This document shows, piece after piece, positions 9,184 to 19,620 of a stretch of 64,000 nucleotides of DNA. The position numbers and the translations under genes were made by a program. Source of the DNA: Sulfuritalea sp. (GTDB lineage Bacteria > Pseudomonadota > Gammaproteobacteria > Burkholderiales > Rhodocyclaceae); assembly GCA_020853215.1 (NCBI GenBank), contig JADYZH010000094.1:10976-74975 (forward strand), in the 5' to 3' direction. How positions within the stretch are numbered: the stretch's first letter is position 1; each line of letters begins with the position of its first letter. Under the pieces are notes generated by a model. The model saw only the letters and a list, made by a program, of their open reading frames with translations. It was not told where the DNA came from and searched no databases.

Positions 9184-9737
9184 TCGCGCACATCCCAGTC
9201 GTCGATGATGAGCGTCAGTTCGACATCATCGCGGCGAGCTTCCATGACCCGCAAAAGTCGGCGCTCGCGGAACGGCGAGGTATCGGTGACCGCAACGCGC
9301 CAGCCGTCGATTTCGCCGCTCAAGGCGGACTGCGCGCCGCGCAGCCAGTCGGCCATGGCATCCAGCGGCACCGGCATGCCGAATGCACGCTGCGCCAGTT
9401 GCGCCAGGGAGCCGGCGCTGACCGGCGCCTGGATCGGCTGCACCAGCCGGGCTCCGTCCGCATCGCGCGTCAGCTCCGCCAGACCCTGTCCCAGCGGCGT
9501 CATGAGCAGCACGACATCCTTGCCCGGGGAGCGATCCCAGCTGAAACGCAAATGGTCGCGACGACCGCCCTGGCGCAGCGAAATGCGGCCCTCGGCCGTG
9601 AAACGCTGCAGGGGCGGGCCGAGTAAAGCCTGGTCTGCGGGCGCATGGGAGAACTCGGCACAGCCCGCCGCCAGAAAAACGACAAGGCCGGCCAGCCATG
9701 CCCACACGTGGCGATGAAAGGACGACTCAGGGAACAA
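9180..9737 (-). CDS. lolB: Outer-membrane lipoprotein insertase LolB
   Basis: Lipobox LAAGC, PLGQGLAEL, G.PVPL..MADWLRG; synteny with ispE. Confidence 0.9.
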   Translation of the reverse strand: MFPESSFHRHVWAWLAGLVVFLAAGCAEFSHAPADQALLGPPLQRFTAEGRISLRQGGRRDHLRFSWDRSPGKDVVLLMTPLGQGLAELTRDADGARLVQPIQAPVSAGSLAQLAQRAFGMPVPLDAMADWLRGAQSALSGEIDGWRVAVTDTSPFRERRLLRVMEARRDDVELTLIIDDWDVRE

Positions 9738-11448
9738 ATCGCTTGATCGTCGACGTCAGCACTTCATTGTTCGGGTGCGACTTGGCCGCTTCGCGCCAAA
9801 CCGCCAATGCCTCGTCGCGCCGGTCCAGAGCCCACAGCACCTCGCCGAGATGCGCAGCTATTTCGCCATCCGGCATTTTGGAAAACGCCTTGTGCAGGTA
9901 CTCCAGCGCCCCCCGCAGGTTACCCTGGCGGAACAGGACCCAGCCTTTGCTGTCGAGGATCGCCGCGTCGTCCGGCTTCAGTGCCACGGCCTTGTCGATC
10001 AGTTGCGCCGCCTCGTCGAGGCGGATGTTGCGATCGGCAAAGGAATAACCCAGCGCGTTGTAACCCGTTGCCGAGTCCGGATTGAGCGCAATCACGCGCA
10101 GCAGATGGCGCTCCATGACGTCCAGATTGCCGAGCTTTTCCGCCGCCAGGGCCGTTTCGTAAAGCAGGTCGACGTCGTCGGGCCGCGCCTCCAACTCCGC
10201 GATGAGAAAAGCGTAGGCATCGGCGTGCCGCCCTGCATCGCGCAGCAGTTGGGACTCGGCGATCACCAGACGCGGATCATCCGGCTCGATCCCCCGCGCC
10301 GCCGCCAGTCTCGCGCGCGCCTCGTCGAGCTTGTTCTGGCGCAGCAGGATCTGCGCCGCGCGCACCCTTGCCTGCATGAGGTGTTCACCTGCCGCAACCT
10401 GGTCATACCAGCCGATGGCTTCTTCGGGGCGTCCGGTTTGCTCGGCGATCTGCCCCAGATAGAAGCGCGCGGGATTCACGTCGCCGCGCCCGACGCCGAC
10501 ATAGCGCCTTAGTTGCTGTTCGGCTTCGGTGGCATCGTTGACCTGCAGCGCGAGTATCCCGACGGCGTAAAGCATCTCGGGGCTCTCCGGGTTGGCCGCG
10601 AGCAGGCGACGGAATTCGACTCGCGCGTCCTCGTAGCGCTTTTCGCCCACCAGGCTCCGGGCGTAGGCCAGACGTACATCCTGGGTGCCGGGATTGGCCT
10701 CCAGCCAGGTTTTCAGAAAATCGATCCGGGCTACTCCCTTGGGCAGCAGTTCCGCCTTGAACAGGGCCGCCGCGTCCCAGTTCGGACGCAAAGCCAGCGC
10801 CTGGTCGATCTCGCTTCCGGCGCGGGCGATGTCGCCGATGCCGAGTTCCGCCTGCGCCCGCACATAGCGGGCTTCGGCCAGTTCGAGATACGGCTGGGTC
10901 AGCTGGTTGAACAGTTGATGAAGCGCCTTCTTGTCTGAATAGCGGGCAAAGGCACGGGCCAGCTTCAGGAGGGTTTCGCCGGCGTCCGGGACTGCCCGTG
11001 CCAGGTCCGGGGCCAGGCTAGCGGCCAATTCGTCGATACGGCCGCTGGAGAGGAGTAGCGTTGATTGCATCTGCCGCGCCTGCTGCGACTCCGGCTCGAG
11101 GCTGAGCCAAAGCCGGGCCGCGTCCAGCGCGACCTCGTGCTGGCGCGAATGGTAGGCAACATCCGCCGCGCGGCGTGCGATTCGCGGATCGCGCGTGGTA
11201 TTTGCCAGATCGAGCAGCGCCGCCGCGGCAAGCGGATACTGACCCCGCCGGGTCGCAATCTCTCCCAGCAGGAACTGGTAGAGAATCTGGCCGGTGAGCT
11301 CCTGCTTCGGCAGGCGGTCGTCCGCCTTCTCCGGCGGTGCGGCGGCGGGTGCGGCCGCGGGTACCGCCGCGGGCGCCTGCGCCTGCGCCCACGCGCATGC
11401 GCCCGACAGCAAAAGCAGGAGCGCAAGGAGCGGGGAACGTTTCTTCAT
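9727..11448 (-). CDS. Exported TPR protein
   Basis: Signal peptide MKKRSPLLALLLLLSGACAWA, many TPRs, NALGYSFADRN, DSKGWV, EIAAHLGEVLW; conserved between lolB and mutM. Confidence 0.92.
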   Translation of the reverse strand: MKKRSPLLALLLLLSGACAWAQAQAPAAVPAAAPAAAPPEKADDRLPKQELTGQILYQFLLGEIATRRGQYPLAAAALLDLANTTRDPRIARRAADVAYHSRQHEVALDAARLWLSLEPESQQARQMQSTLLLSSGRIDELAASLAPDLARAVPDAGETLLKLARAFARYSDKKALHQLFNQLTQPYLELAEARYVRAQAELGIGDIARAGSEIDQALALRPNWDAAALFKAELLPKGVARIDFLKTWLEANPGTQDVRLAYARSLVGEKRYEDARVEFRRLLAANPESPEMLYAVGILALQVNDATEAEQQLRRYVGVGRGDVNPARFYLGQIAEQTGRPEEAIGWYDQVAAGEHLMQARVRAAQILLRQNKLDEARARLAAARGIEPDDPRLVIAESQLLRDAGRHADAYAFLIAELEARPDDVDLLYETALAAEKLGNLDVMERHLLRVIALNPDSATGYNALGYSFADRNIRLDEAAQLIDKAVALKPDDAAILDSKGWVLFRQGNLRGALEYLHKAFSKMPDGEIAAHLGEVLWALDRRDEALAVWREAAKSHPNNEVLTSTIKRFVP

Positions 11449-11526
11449 TGGCAGGACACCTCGACGAAACCCAATACAATGCGGCGATGTTAGCAGTTTC
11501 ATCAGCCGTTTCGTGCGGATCCATGC

Positions 11527-12351
11527 ATGCCTGAACTGCCCGAAGTAGAAGTCACCTGCCGCGGAATTGCCCCCACCCTGACTGGAAACAGGGTCTTTGC
11601 GGTGATTACCCGGACGCCGGCGCTGCGCTATCCCCTGCCGCAAAACCTGAAGCGGATGCTCGTCGGACAACGCCTGGCGGCCGTCAGCCGTCGCGGTAAA
11701 TACCTGTTGCTGGATTTTGGTCACGGACACCTGCTGATCCATCTCGGCATGTCCGGCAGCTTGCGCCTGATGCCGGCCGGCGTGCCTGCCGAAAAGCATG
11801 ATCATTTCGATCTGGTATTTGACATCGAGCGCAGGAAAGTAGCCCTGCGGCTGCGCGACCCGCGCCGTTTCGGCGCAATTCTCTGGCTCGGCTGCGATGC
11901 GCCGCTGCATCCGTTGCTGGCGGTACTCGGCATCGAACCGCTGACGGATGAATTCAACGCCACCTGGCTCAAGCAGGAACTGGCCGGACTTTCGGCAGCC
12001 ATCAAGCCGACCCTGATGGACAGCCATCGCGTCGTCGGCATCGGCAACATCTACGCCTCGGAAAGCCTGTTCCGCGCCGGCATCGATCCGCGCACCCCCG
12101 CCGGCCGGATTTCGCTGAAACGCCTGGAGCGTCTGGTGCCGGCGATCAAGGCCACGCTCGCGGCGGCCATCGACGCCGGCGGCAGCAGCCTGCGCGACTT
12201 CATCCATTCGGACGGCAGTTCGGGCTACTTTCAGCAGCAGTATTTCGTCTATGGGCGCGACGGCGAACCCTGTCGCATCTGCGGCCGCCCGATCAGGGAA
12301 CTGCGCCAGGGCCAGCGCGCAACGTTCTTCTGCGCCGGCTGCCAGAGATAA
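11527..12351 (+). CDS. mutM: Formamidopyrimidine-DNA glycosylase
   Basis: MPELPEVE, HLGMSG, DPRRFG, GIGNIYASE, C-terminal zinc finger. Confidence 0.98.
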   Translation: MPELPEVEVTCRGIAPTLTGNRVFAVITRTPALRYPLPQNLKRMLVGQRLAAVSRRGKYLLLDFGHGHLLIHLGMSGSLRLMPAGVPAEKHDHFDLVFDIERRKVALRLRDPRRFGAILWLGCDAPLHPLLAVLGIEPLTDEFNATWLKQELAGLSAAIKPTLMDSHRVVGIGNIYASESLFRAGIDPRTPAGRISLKRLERLVPAIKATLAAAIDAGGSSLRDFIHSDGSSGYFQQQYFVYGRDGEPCRICGRPIRELRQGQRATFFCAGCQR

Positions 12352-12355
12352 CCCG

Positions 12356-13630
<1,275 letters not shown>

Positions 13631-13636
13631 AACCGC

Positions 13637-14926
13637 TCAGTCCGTCGCCACCACCACCGTGACAAGGTTTTCCGCCTTGACGTGGCGGGCGAAGGCGCCC
13701 TTGACCTGCTCGGCGGTGACCGCTTTCACCTTGCCCGGAAAGTCGTCGAGGTAGGTCAGGGGCAAGCCGTAGAAGCCGATCGCCGACAGATAGCCGAGCA
13801 GCTTGGCATTGCTGTCCATGCGCAGCGCCAGGCCGTCGACCATGTTCTTCTTCGCGGCGGCCAGCTCCTGCGGTGTCGGGCCGTTTGCGATGTAGTCGGT
13901 CAGCACCTGATCGACCACCTTGAGCGCAGCGTCCGCCTGCTCGCGTTTGGTCTGCAGGCCTATCTCGAACGGGCCCTCGAGCTTGCGCGGCGCGAAGTAG
14001 GAATACACGCTGTAGGCATAGCCGCGCTTTTCGCGGACCTCCTTCATCAGGCGCGAGACGAAGCCGCCACCGCCGAGCGTGTAGTTGCCCACCAGCAGCG
14101 GAAAATAATCGGGGTCGCTGCGGCTGATCGCGGGCAGGCCGACATGCACATGGCTTTGCGCGGCCGGATGGGGCACTTTGACCACCTCCCGCTGCGGCTT
14201 CCTCACCGACGGCGGTACGAGGGCGCCGCCGCCCGCCGGCAGTCCCTCGGTCAGGCGCTGGGCGATCGCCTCGGCCTCGGCGCGCGAAACATCGCCGATG
14301 ATGGAAACCACGGCACCCTTCGCACCATAGTGCCCGCGGTGGAAGGCGACGAGATCCTCGCGCGTGATGGCGCCCACGCTCTCCACCGTCGGGCTGACAC
14401 CGTATGGATGGCCGGGGTAGATGGCCGCGGCGAAACGCTTGCCGGCAATCGCGTCGGGCCGCGTTTCGGACTCACGAATGCCGGCAATCGTGCGGCTCTT
14501 TTCGCGCTCCAGCACCGCTTGCGGAAAAGTCGGCGCTGACAATACGGTGCGCATCAGGTCCAGCGCGCCTTCGCGTTCGCCTTTGCTCGACAGCGTGCGC
14601 AGGCTGACGCTGGCGCGGTCGCTGTCGGCCCCGCCGCCCAGGCGGGCGCCAAGGTCGACCAGGCGTCCGGATATTTTCTCCTCGTCCATGTCCCCCGCGC
14701 CCGCTTCGAGCAGGCTGCGGGTCAGGCCGGCCAGGCCCGGCTTCGCGGCCGGGACAAAGGCACCGCCGGCCGCGAAGTCGATCTGCACGTCCAGGATGGG
14801 TATTACCCGCGTCTCGACGAAATATACCTTGGCTCCGGTGGGCGCCATCCAGTGCTCGATCTTGACGCCGGCCAGGGCCAGCGTTGAACCCAGGCTTGAG
14901 ATCAGAATGAAAAACAGGGTACGCAT
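13637..14926 (-). CDS. M16 (pitrilysin) family peptidase, non-catalytic subunit
   Basis: SRLMKEVREKRGYAYSV; no HxxEH; signal peptide. Confidence 0.9.
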   Translation of the reverse strand: MRTLFFILISSLGSTLALAGVKIEHWMAPTGAKVYFVETRVIPILDVQIDFAAGGAFVPAAKPGLAGLTRSLLEAGAGDMDEEKISGRLVDLGARLGGGADSDRASVSLRTLSSKGEREGALDLMRTVLSAPTFPQAVLEREKSRTIAGIRESETRPDAIAGKRFAAAIYPGHPYGVSPTVESVGAITREDLVAFHRGHYGAKGAVVSIIGDVSRAEAEAIAQRLTEGLPAGGGALVPPSVRKPQREVVKVPHPAAQSHVHVGLPAISRSDPDYFPLLVGNYTLGGGGFVSRLMKEVREKRGYAYSVYSYFAPRKLEGPFEIGLQTKREQADAALKVVDQVLTDYIANGPTPQELAAAKKNMVDGLALRMDSNAKLLGYLSAIGFYGLPLTYLDDFPGKVKAVTAEQVKGAFARHVKAENLVTVVVATD

Positions 14927-16290
14927 CAGTGCCTCACTGCCCCGGAGGGCTTCCTCGGTTTACTGTTTTCGATGGGCTGCGGATCGAGCACCGCGATAGT
15001 GAGCGTATCGTCTGAAAAATACTTCTTCGCCACCGCCTGGACTTCTTCCGCCGTCACGCCCTTGAGTTTTTCCAGCAGGAGGTCGATGTCGCGCCAGGAC
15101 AGGCCGGTCGCCTCGATGCCACCGATTTCCATGGCCTGCGCCATCAGCGAATCGCGCTTGTAGATCTGCGCCGCGATGGACTGGGTCTTGACCCGCGCCA
15201 GTTCCTCGGCGGAGACGCCCTCGTCCTGGACCCGTTTTATTTCAGCGCGCAGCGCCGCCTCAAGTTCGGCGACGGTCTTCCCCTCCGCCGGTTGGCCATC
15301 GAGCGTGAACGTGGCCTCGCCGCGCAGGCTTCCGTCATAACCGGCGCCGGCCGACTGCGCGATGCGCGAACCGCGCACCAGGTTCGTCGAGAAGCGTGAG
15401 GCATCGTGCCCGTCGAGCACGGCGGCGAGCACTTCGAGCGCGTAGGGGTCGCGATCCTTGTTCACGTCGCGCAATTTCGGAGTCTTCCAGGCCATCGCGA
15501 GGTAGGGCAGCCTGGCCGGCGCCTTGACGCCGACGCGGCGAATGCCGGCCTGTTCCGGCTCGTTCTGCGGCTTGCGTTCGGGCAGCACCCGGGGCTTGTG
15601 GGGACCGTAGTACTTCTGCGCCAGGCGGAACACCTCGCGGTGGTCGACATCACCCACCACCACGACATAGGCATTGTTCGGCGCATACCACTGCCGGTAC
15701 CAGTCGCGGGCATCCTGCCAGGTCATGTGTTCCAGATCATCCATCCAGCCGATGATCGGCCGCCGATAGGGGTGAGCCTGAAACAGGGTCGCGTTCAGGG
15801 TTTCATGCACCCGCGAGATCGGATTGTCGTCGGTGCGCAAACGGCGCTCCTCCATGACCACCTTGATCTCGGAGGCGAATTCCTGCGGCTCCAGTTTCAG
15901 GTTGGCCATACGGTCGGCTTCGAGCTGCATCATCTCCGGCAGCGCGCCCTTCGGCACGATCTGGAAGTAGGCGGTGTAGTCGCGGCTGGTGAAGGCGTTG
16001 TCGCGGCCGCCGGCCTCGGCCACGCGCTTGTTGAATTCGCCCGACTTGAGGTTTTTCGTACCCTTGAACATCAGGTGTTCCAGCACGTGGGCGACACCCG
16101 AGGTGCCATCCTTCTCGTCCATGCTGCCGGCGCGGTACCAGACCATATGCACGGCGGTCGGGGCGCGGCGATCTTCCTTGACGATCACGCGCAGGCCGTT
16201 GGCGAGCTTCGTCTCATACGGGTTGGCAAAAGTCGGCGCCGGCGACACGGCGAAAACCAGCAGTGCAACAGGGGCAAGCAGTGATCTCAT
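14926..16290 (-). CDS. M16 family zinc peptidase, catalytic subunit
   Basis: GVAHVLEHLMFKGT (HxxEH), NAFT, EERR; signal peptide. Confidence 0.93.
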   Translation of the reverse strand: MRSLLAPVALLVFAVSPAPTFANPYETKLANGLRVIVKEDRRAPTAVHMVWYRAGSMDEKDGTSGVAHVLEHLMFKGTKNLKSGEFNKRVAEAGGRDNAFTSRDYTAYFQIVPKGALPEMMQLEADRMANLKLEPQEFASEIKVVMEERRLRTDDNPISRVHETLNATLFQAHPYRRPIIGWMDDLEHMTWQDARDWYRQWYAPNNAYVVVVGDVDHREVFRLAQKYYGPHKPRVLPERKPQNEPEQAGIRRVGVKAPARLPYLAMAWKTPKLRDVNKDRDPYALEVLAAVLDGHDASRFSTNLVRGSRIAQSAGAGYDGSLRGEATFTLDGQPAEGKTVAELEAALRAEIKRVQDEGVSAEELARVKTQSIAAQIYKRDSLMAQAMEIGGIEATGLSWRDIDLLLEKLKGVTAEEVQAVAKKYFSDDTLTIAVLDPQPIENSKPRKPSGAVRH

Positions 16291-16407
16291 GGTGGTTCTT
16301 GGGTCCTGCATGGTTAGGGGAAAGTGCGTCTGCTAGAATTCTTCGGTCGCGCATCTTAGCGCGGCTTAGAGCCTCCCTGCAGGCGCCTACCTCCGACCGC
16401 ATTCCGC

Positions 16408-17391
16408 ATGTTTGGTTTCCTGAAATCAAAGGACGACCCCGCCGCCCCGGCTGCCGCGACCCCTGCGGTACCGCGCGCCTCCTGGGGAGAACGCCTCAAG
16501 GCCGGCCTGTCGCGCACCCGCGATACGCTCAACACGCCGCTGACGGAGCTTTTCAGCCGGGCGAAGATCGACGACGAACTGCTCGAAGACCTGGAAACCA
16601 CGTTGCTGATGGCGGATTGCGGCGTCGAGGCGACGCACTGGCTGCTGGCGGAGTTGAAGGCTGCGGTAAAGCGCAAAAGGCTGGAAACCCCGGCGCAGCT
16701 GCGCTCGGCCCTGGCAAATAACCTGCGCACGCTGCTTGCGCCGCTTGAACAACCCCTGGATGCCCATGGACAACATCCCTTCGTGATCATGATCGCGGGC
16801 GTCAATGGCGCCGGCAAGACCACGTCGATCGGCAAACTGGCCAAGCATTTCCAGGGCCAGGGCAAGAGCGTCCTGCTGGCCGCCGGCGACACCTTCCGCG
16901 CCGCGGCGCGCGAACAGCTGACCACCTGGGGCGAGAGGAACGGCGTCACGGTGATTGCGCAGGAATCCGGCGATCCGGCCGCGGTGGTATTCGACGCGAT
17001 CAATGCCGCCCGCGCGCGCAAGATCGATGTCGTGCTGGCCGATACCGCCGGCCGCCTGCCGACCCAGCTGCACCTGATGGAAGAAATCGCCAAGGTGCGC
17101 CGCGTGATCCAGAAGGTCGACGCCTCGGCGCCGCATGAGGTGCTGCTGGTGCTCGACGCCAACATCGGCCAGAACGCGGTGCAGCAGGTGAAAGCCTTCG
17201 ACAAGGCGATCGGCGTCACCGGCCTCGTTGTGACCAAGCTCGACGGCACGGCCAAGGGTGGCGTGCTGGCCGCCATCGCCCGGCAGTGCCCGAAACCGGT
17301 ACGCTTCATCGGCATCGGCGAAGGCATCGACGACCTGCAGCCTTTCCGTGCCGGCGAATTTGTCGAGGCGCTGCTGGGAAGCCCCGGGTGA
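16408..17391 (+). CDS. ftsY: Signal recognition particle receptor FtsY
   Basis: GVNGAGKTT, DTFRAAA, DTAGR, TKLDGTAKGG. Confidence 0.98.
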   Translation: MFGFLKSKDDPAAPAAATPAVPRASWGERLKAGLSRTRDTLNTPLTELFSRAKIDDELLEDLETTLLMADCGVEATHWLLAELKAAVKRKRLETPAQLRSALANNLRTLLAPLEQPLDAHGQHPFVIMIAGVNGAGKTTSIGKLAKHFQGQGKSVLLAAGDTFRAAAREQLTTWGERNGVTVIAQESGDPAAVVFDAINAARARKIDVVLADTAGRLPTQLHLMEEIAKVRRVIQKVDASAPHEVLLVLDANIGQNAVQQVKAFDKAIGVTGLVVTKLDGTAKGGVLAAIARQCPKPVRFIGIGEGIDDLQPFRAGEFVEALLGSPG

Positions 17392-18035
17392 TCCGGTTCG
17401 ACCGCGTTTCCAAGCGCTATCCGCCGGGCGTGGATGCACTCTCGGATGTCAGTTTCGAAGTCGCCGAGCGCGAGATGGTGCTGGTCAGCGGCCATTCGGG
17501 GGCAGGGAAATCCACCCTGCTGAAGCTCATTGCCGGAATTGAAACGTCAACCGGTGGCGCGGTCCTGGTCGGCGGCCAGAATGTCAGCGGACTCTCCCGC
17601 CCGGCACTGCCCTATTTGCGGCGGCGCATCGGCATGGTGTTTCAGGACCAGAAGCTGCTCTTCGATCGCAATGCGTTCGAGAACGTCATGCTGCCCTTGT
17701 CCATCACCGGTTTCCCGCGCCGGGAAGCCGCACAACGGGTACGCGCCGCGCTGGACAAGGTGGGCCTGTCCAGCCGCGAGAAGGCGCGACCCGTCATGCT
17801 CTCCGGCGGAGAACAGCAGCGTCTGGCGATCGCCCGCGCCGTGGTGGGTCGGCCGAACCTGCTGCTGGCCGATGAACCCACGGCGCACCTCGATGCGGAT
17901 ACTGCCGCCGACGTGGCGCGCATCTTCATGGAGTTCAACGACGTCGGCGTCACGGTATTGATCGCGACCTACGCCGGCGACCTGTTTCCCGGCGCGCGAT
18001 GCCTGCAGCTCGAACATGGCAGGCTGCTTTCATGA
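17388..18035 (+). CDS. ftsE: Cell division ATP-binding protein FtsE
   Basis: GTG start overlapping the ftsY stop; GHSGAGKST, LSGGEQQR, LLADEP; ftsYEX order. Confidence 0.93.
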   Translation: MIRFDRVSKRYPPGVDALSDVSFEVAEREMVLVSGHSGAGKSTLLKLIAGIETSTGGAVLVGGQNVSGLSRPALPYLRRRIGMVFQDQKLLFDRNAFENVMLPLSITGFPRREAAQRVRAALDKVGLSSREKARPVMLSGGEQQRLAIARAVVGRPNLLLADEPTAHLDADTAADVARIFMEFNDVGVTVLIATYAGDLFPGARCLQLEHGRLLS

Positions 18036-18940
18036 GGGGATGGCTTGCCCAACATGGCGAGGCGGCCCGGCTTGCATTGCGCAGGCTGGCCACCGCGCCC
18101 CTGAACAGCGCGCTCTACCTGCTGGCCATCGGTGTCGCCCTCGCCTTGCCGGCAGGCGGACAGATGTTGCTGGCCAGCGCGCAGAGGCTGGCAGGCATCA
18201 CATCGGCTGCGCCCCAGATCACGGTTTTCATGGCAGCAAACGCCGATCGTGCGATGGCGGCGGAAATCGAATCGCGCCTGAAGAAGCGCGGCGACATCAA
18301 ACGGATCGGGTTTCTGCCGCGCGAAGAAACCCTGGCGCGGATGAAGGCCAACCCCGGATTGCGTGAAGTGATCGAAGCCCTGGCCGCAAACCCGTTCCCT
18401 GACGCCTTCGTGCTGACCGCAGCCGACGAGGGGCTGCAGGCGCAGGAACAGATCGTCGCGGAATTGCGCCAATGGCCACGGATCGAACATGTGCAGCTCG
18501 ATTCGGACTGGGTCCGCCGGCTCGATGCACTGCTCGAACTGGGACGCACCGCGTTGCTGGTGCTCGGCGTGTTGCTGGGCATCGGGCTGATTGCCATCAG
18601 TTTCAGCATCATCCGCATGCAGGTGCTTAGCCATCGCGCCGAGATCGAACTCAGCGGACTGCTCGGCGCCACCGACAGTTTCATCCGGCGACCTTTTCTC
18701 TACTACGGCTTTCTTGTGGGCCTGGGTGGCGGCATCGTCGCCTGGCTGCTGGTCGGCGCCGCCACCCTCTGGTTGCGTGCCCCCCTTGGCGAGCTGGTGC
18801 GCATGTATGACCTTACGCTCGCGCTGCAGGCCCCCGGCCCGCGCGATTCAGCCCTGCTGCTGGCCGTAGCTGCCGGCCTCGGCTGGCTGGGCGCGATTGT
18901 ATCGCTGCGCCAGCAACTTCGGCAAAAGAGCGGGTTATGA
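18032..18940 (+). CDS. ftsX: Cell division permease FtsX
   Basis: IGVALALP, NPFPD, LLGATDSFIRRPFLYYG. Confidence 0.93.
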   Translation: MRGWLAQHGEAARLALRRLATAPLNSALYLLAIGVALALPAGGQMLLASAQRLAGITSAAPQITVFMAANADRAMAAEIESRLKKRGDIKRIGFLPREETLARMKANPGLREVIEALAANPFPDAFVLTAADEGLQAQEQIVAELRQWPRIEHVQLDSDWVRRLDALLELGRTALLVLGVLLGIGLIAISFSIIRMQVLSHRAEIELSGLLGATDSFIRRPFLYYGFLVGLGGGIVAWLLVGAATLWLRAPLGELVRMYDLTLALQAPGPRDSALLLAVAAGLGWLGAIVSLRQQLRQKSGL

Positions 18941-19088
18941 ACTACACGCTCGAACGGACTGCAGGCGAAGACGACAACCGGGCATTTCGGCCATCCTGAA
19001 ACGCGAACGTCTCAAAAATGCGCCATGTCAAACACCGCACCGCTGACAATACTGGAATGCAAGCGATTATTCGGGCGATAATGTATCA

Positions 19089-19472
19089 ATGAGTGACGAA
19101 CAGCCCACAGAGCAGCCGGTAACCGATCCGGCATCGGAAGAGCAGCCGCCAGCGCCGGTTCGCAATGAACCGCAGGCACCGGATCAGAGACGCCGGCTGC
19201 GCGAGCTGTTGGCAATTCCCGACCACCAGCGCACCGATGCCATCTGGGACGAGATTATCGAACTTGAGATTTGCCTGGCTCCGGGTAACCGTGTCCAGGG
19301 GTCCCCCGGGGCGCAGCAGGAACCGGGGCGCCGCCAGGGCGCCGGCCAGGGACAGGGGCGCCGCCCGGAACAGGCGAGGCGCCAGGACCCGATGCCCGGG
19401 GCCAAACCCCCGAAACGCTTTTTCAAGAAATCCAAGCGTTCTCCCGGCTCCCCGCCGAAAACCGGCGGCTGA
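19089..19472 (+). CDS. Hypothetical protein
   Basis: 127-aa ORF; helical core RRRLRELLAIPD..RTDAIWDEIIELEI flanked by low-complexity tails. Confidence 0.7.
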   Translation: MSDEQPTEQPVTDPASEEQPPAPVRNEPQAPDQRRRLRELLAIPDHQRTDAIWDEIIELEICLAPGNRVQGSPGAQQEPGRRQGAGQGQGRRPEQARRQDPMPGAKPPKRFFKKSKRSPGSPPKTGG

Positions 19473-19553
19473 CCCCGTCACCCAGGACTTCGACCGAGCG
19501 GGCCCCGTCCTGACTCTCCGGCGCGGCCAATAATTCCCGACAAAAATAATCGG

Positions 19554-19581
19554 GAACTTTCCCGGACCTTTAGCACTCTCA
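19554..19581 (+). promoter_or_regulatory. Putative sigmaE (ECF) promoter of rpoH
   Basis: GAACTT-N17-TCTCA; rpoH is a known sigmaE target in other proteobacteria. Confidence 0.55.
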
Positions 19582-19596
19582 GTCAATGAGTGCTAA
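19570..19596. promoter_or_regulatory. CIRCE element (HrcA operator)
   Basis: Perfect TTAGCACTC-N9-GAGTGCTAA, 24 bp upstream of the rpoH ATG. Confidence 0.95.
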
Positions 19597-19620
19597 TATT
19601 ATATTCAAGGAGGTCGTACC

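Noticed and set aside
11449-12207. 826-aa version of the TPR protein in the ORF track
   Set aside because: The extension is antisense to mutM; the signal peptide starts at 11448.
13637-14926. M16 peptidase lacking HxxEH as a possible pseudogene
   Set aside because: Expected non-catalytic partner of the adjacent HxxEH subunit; known heterodimer arrangement.
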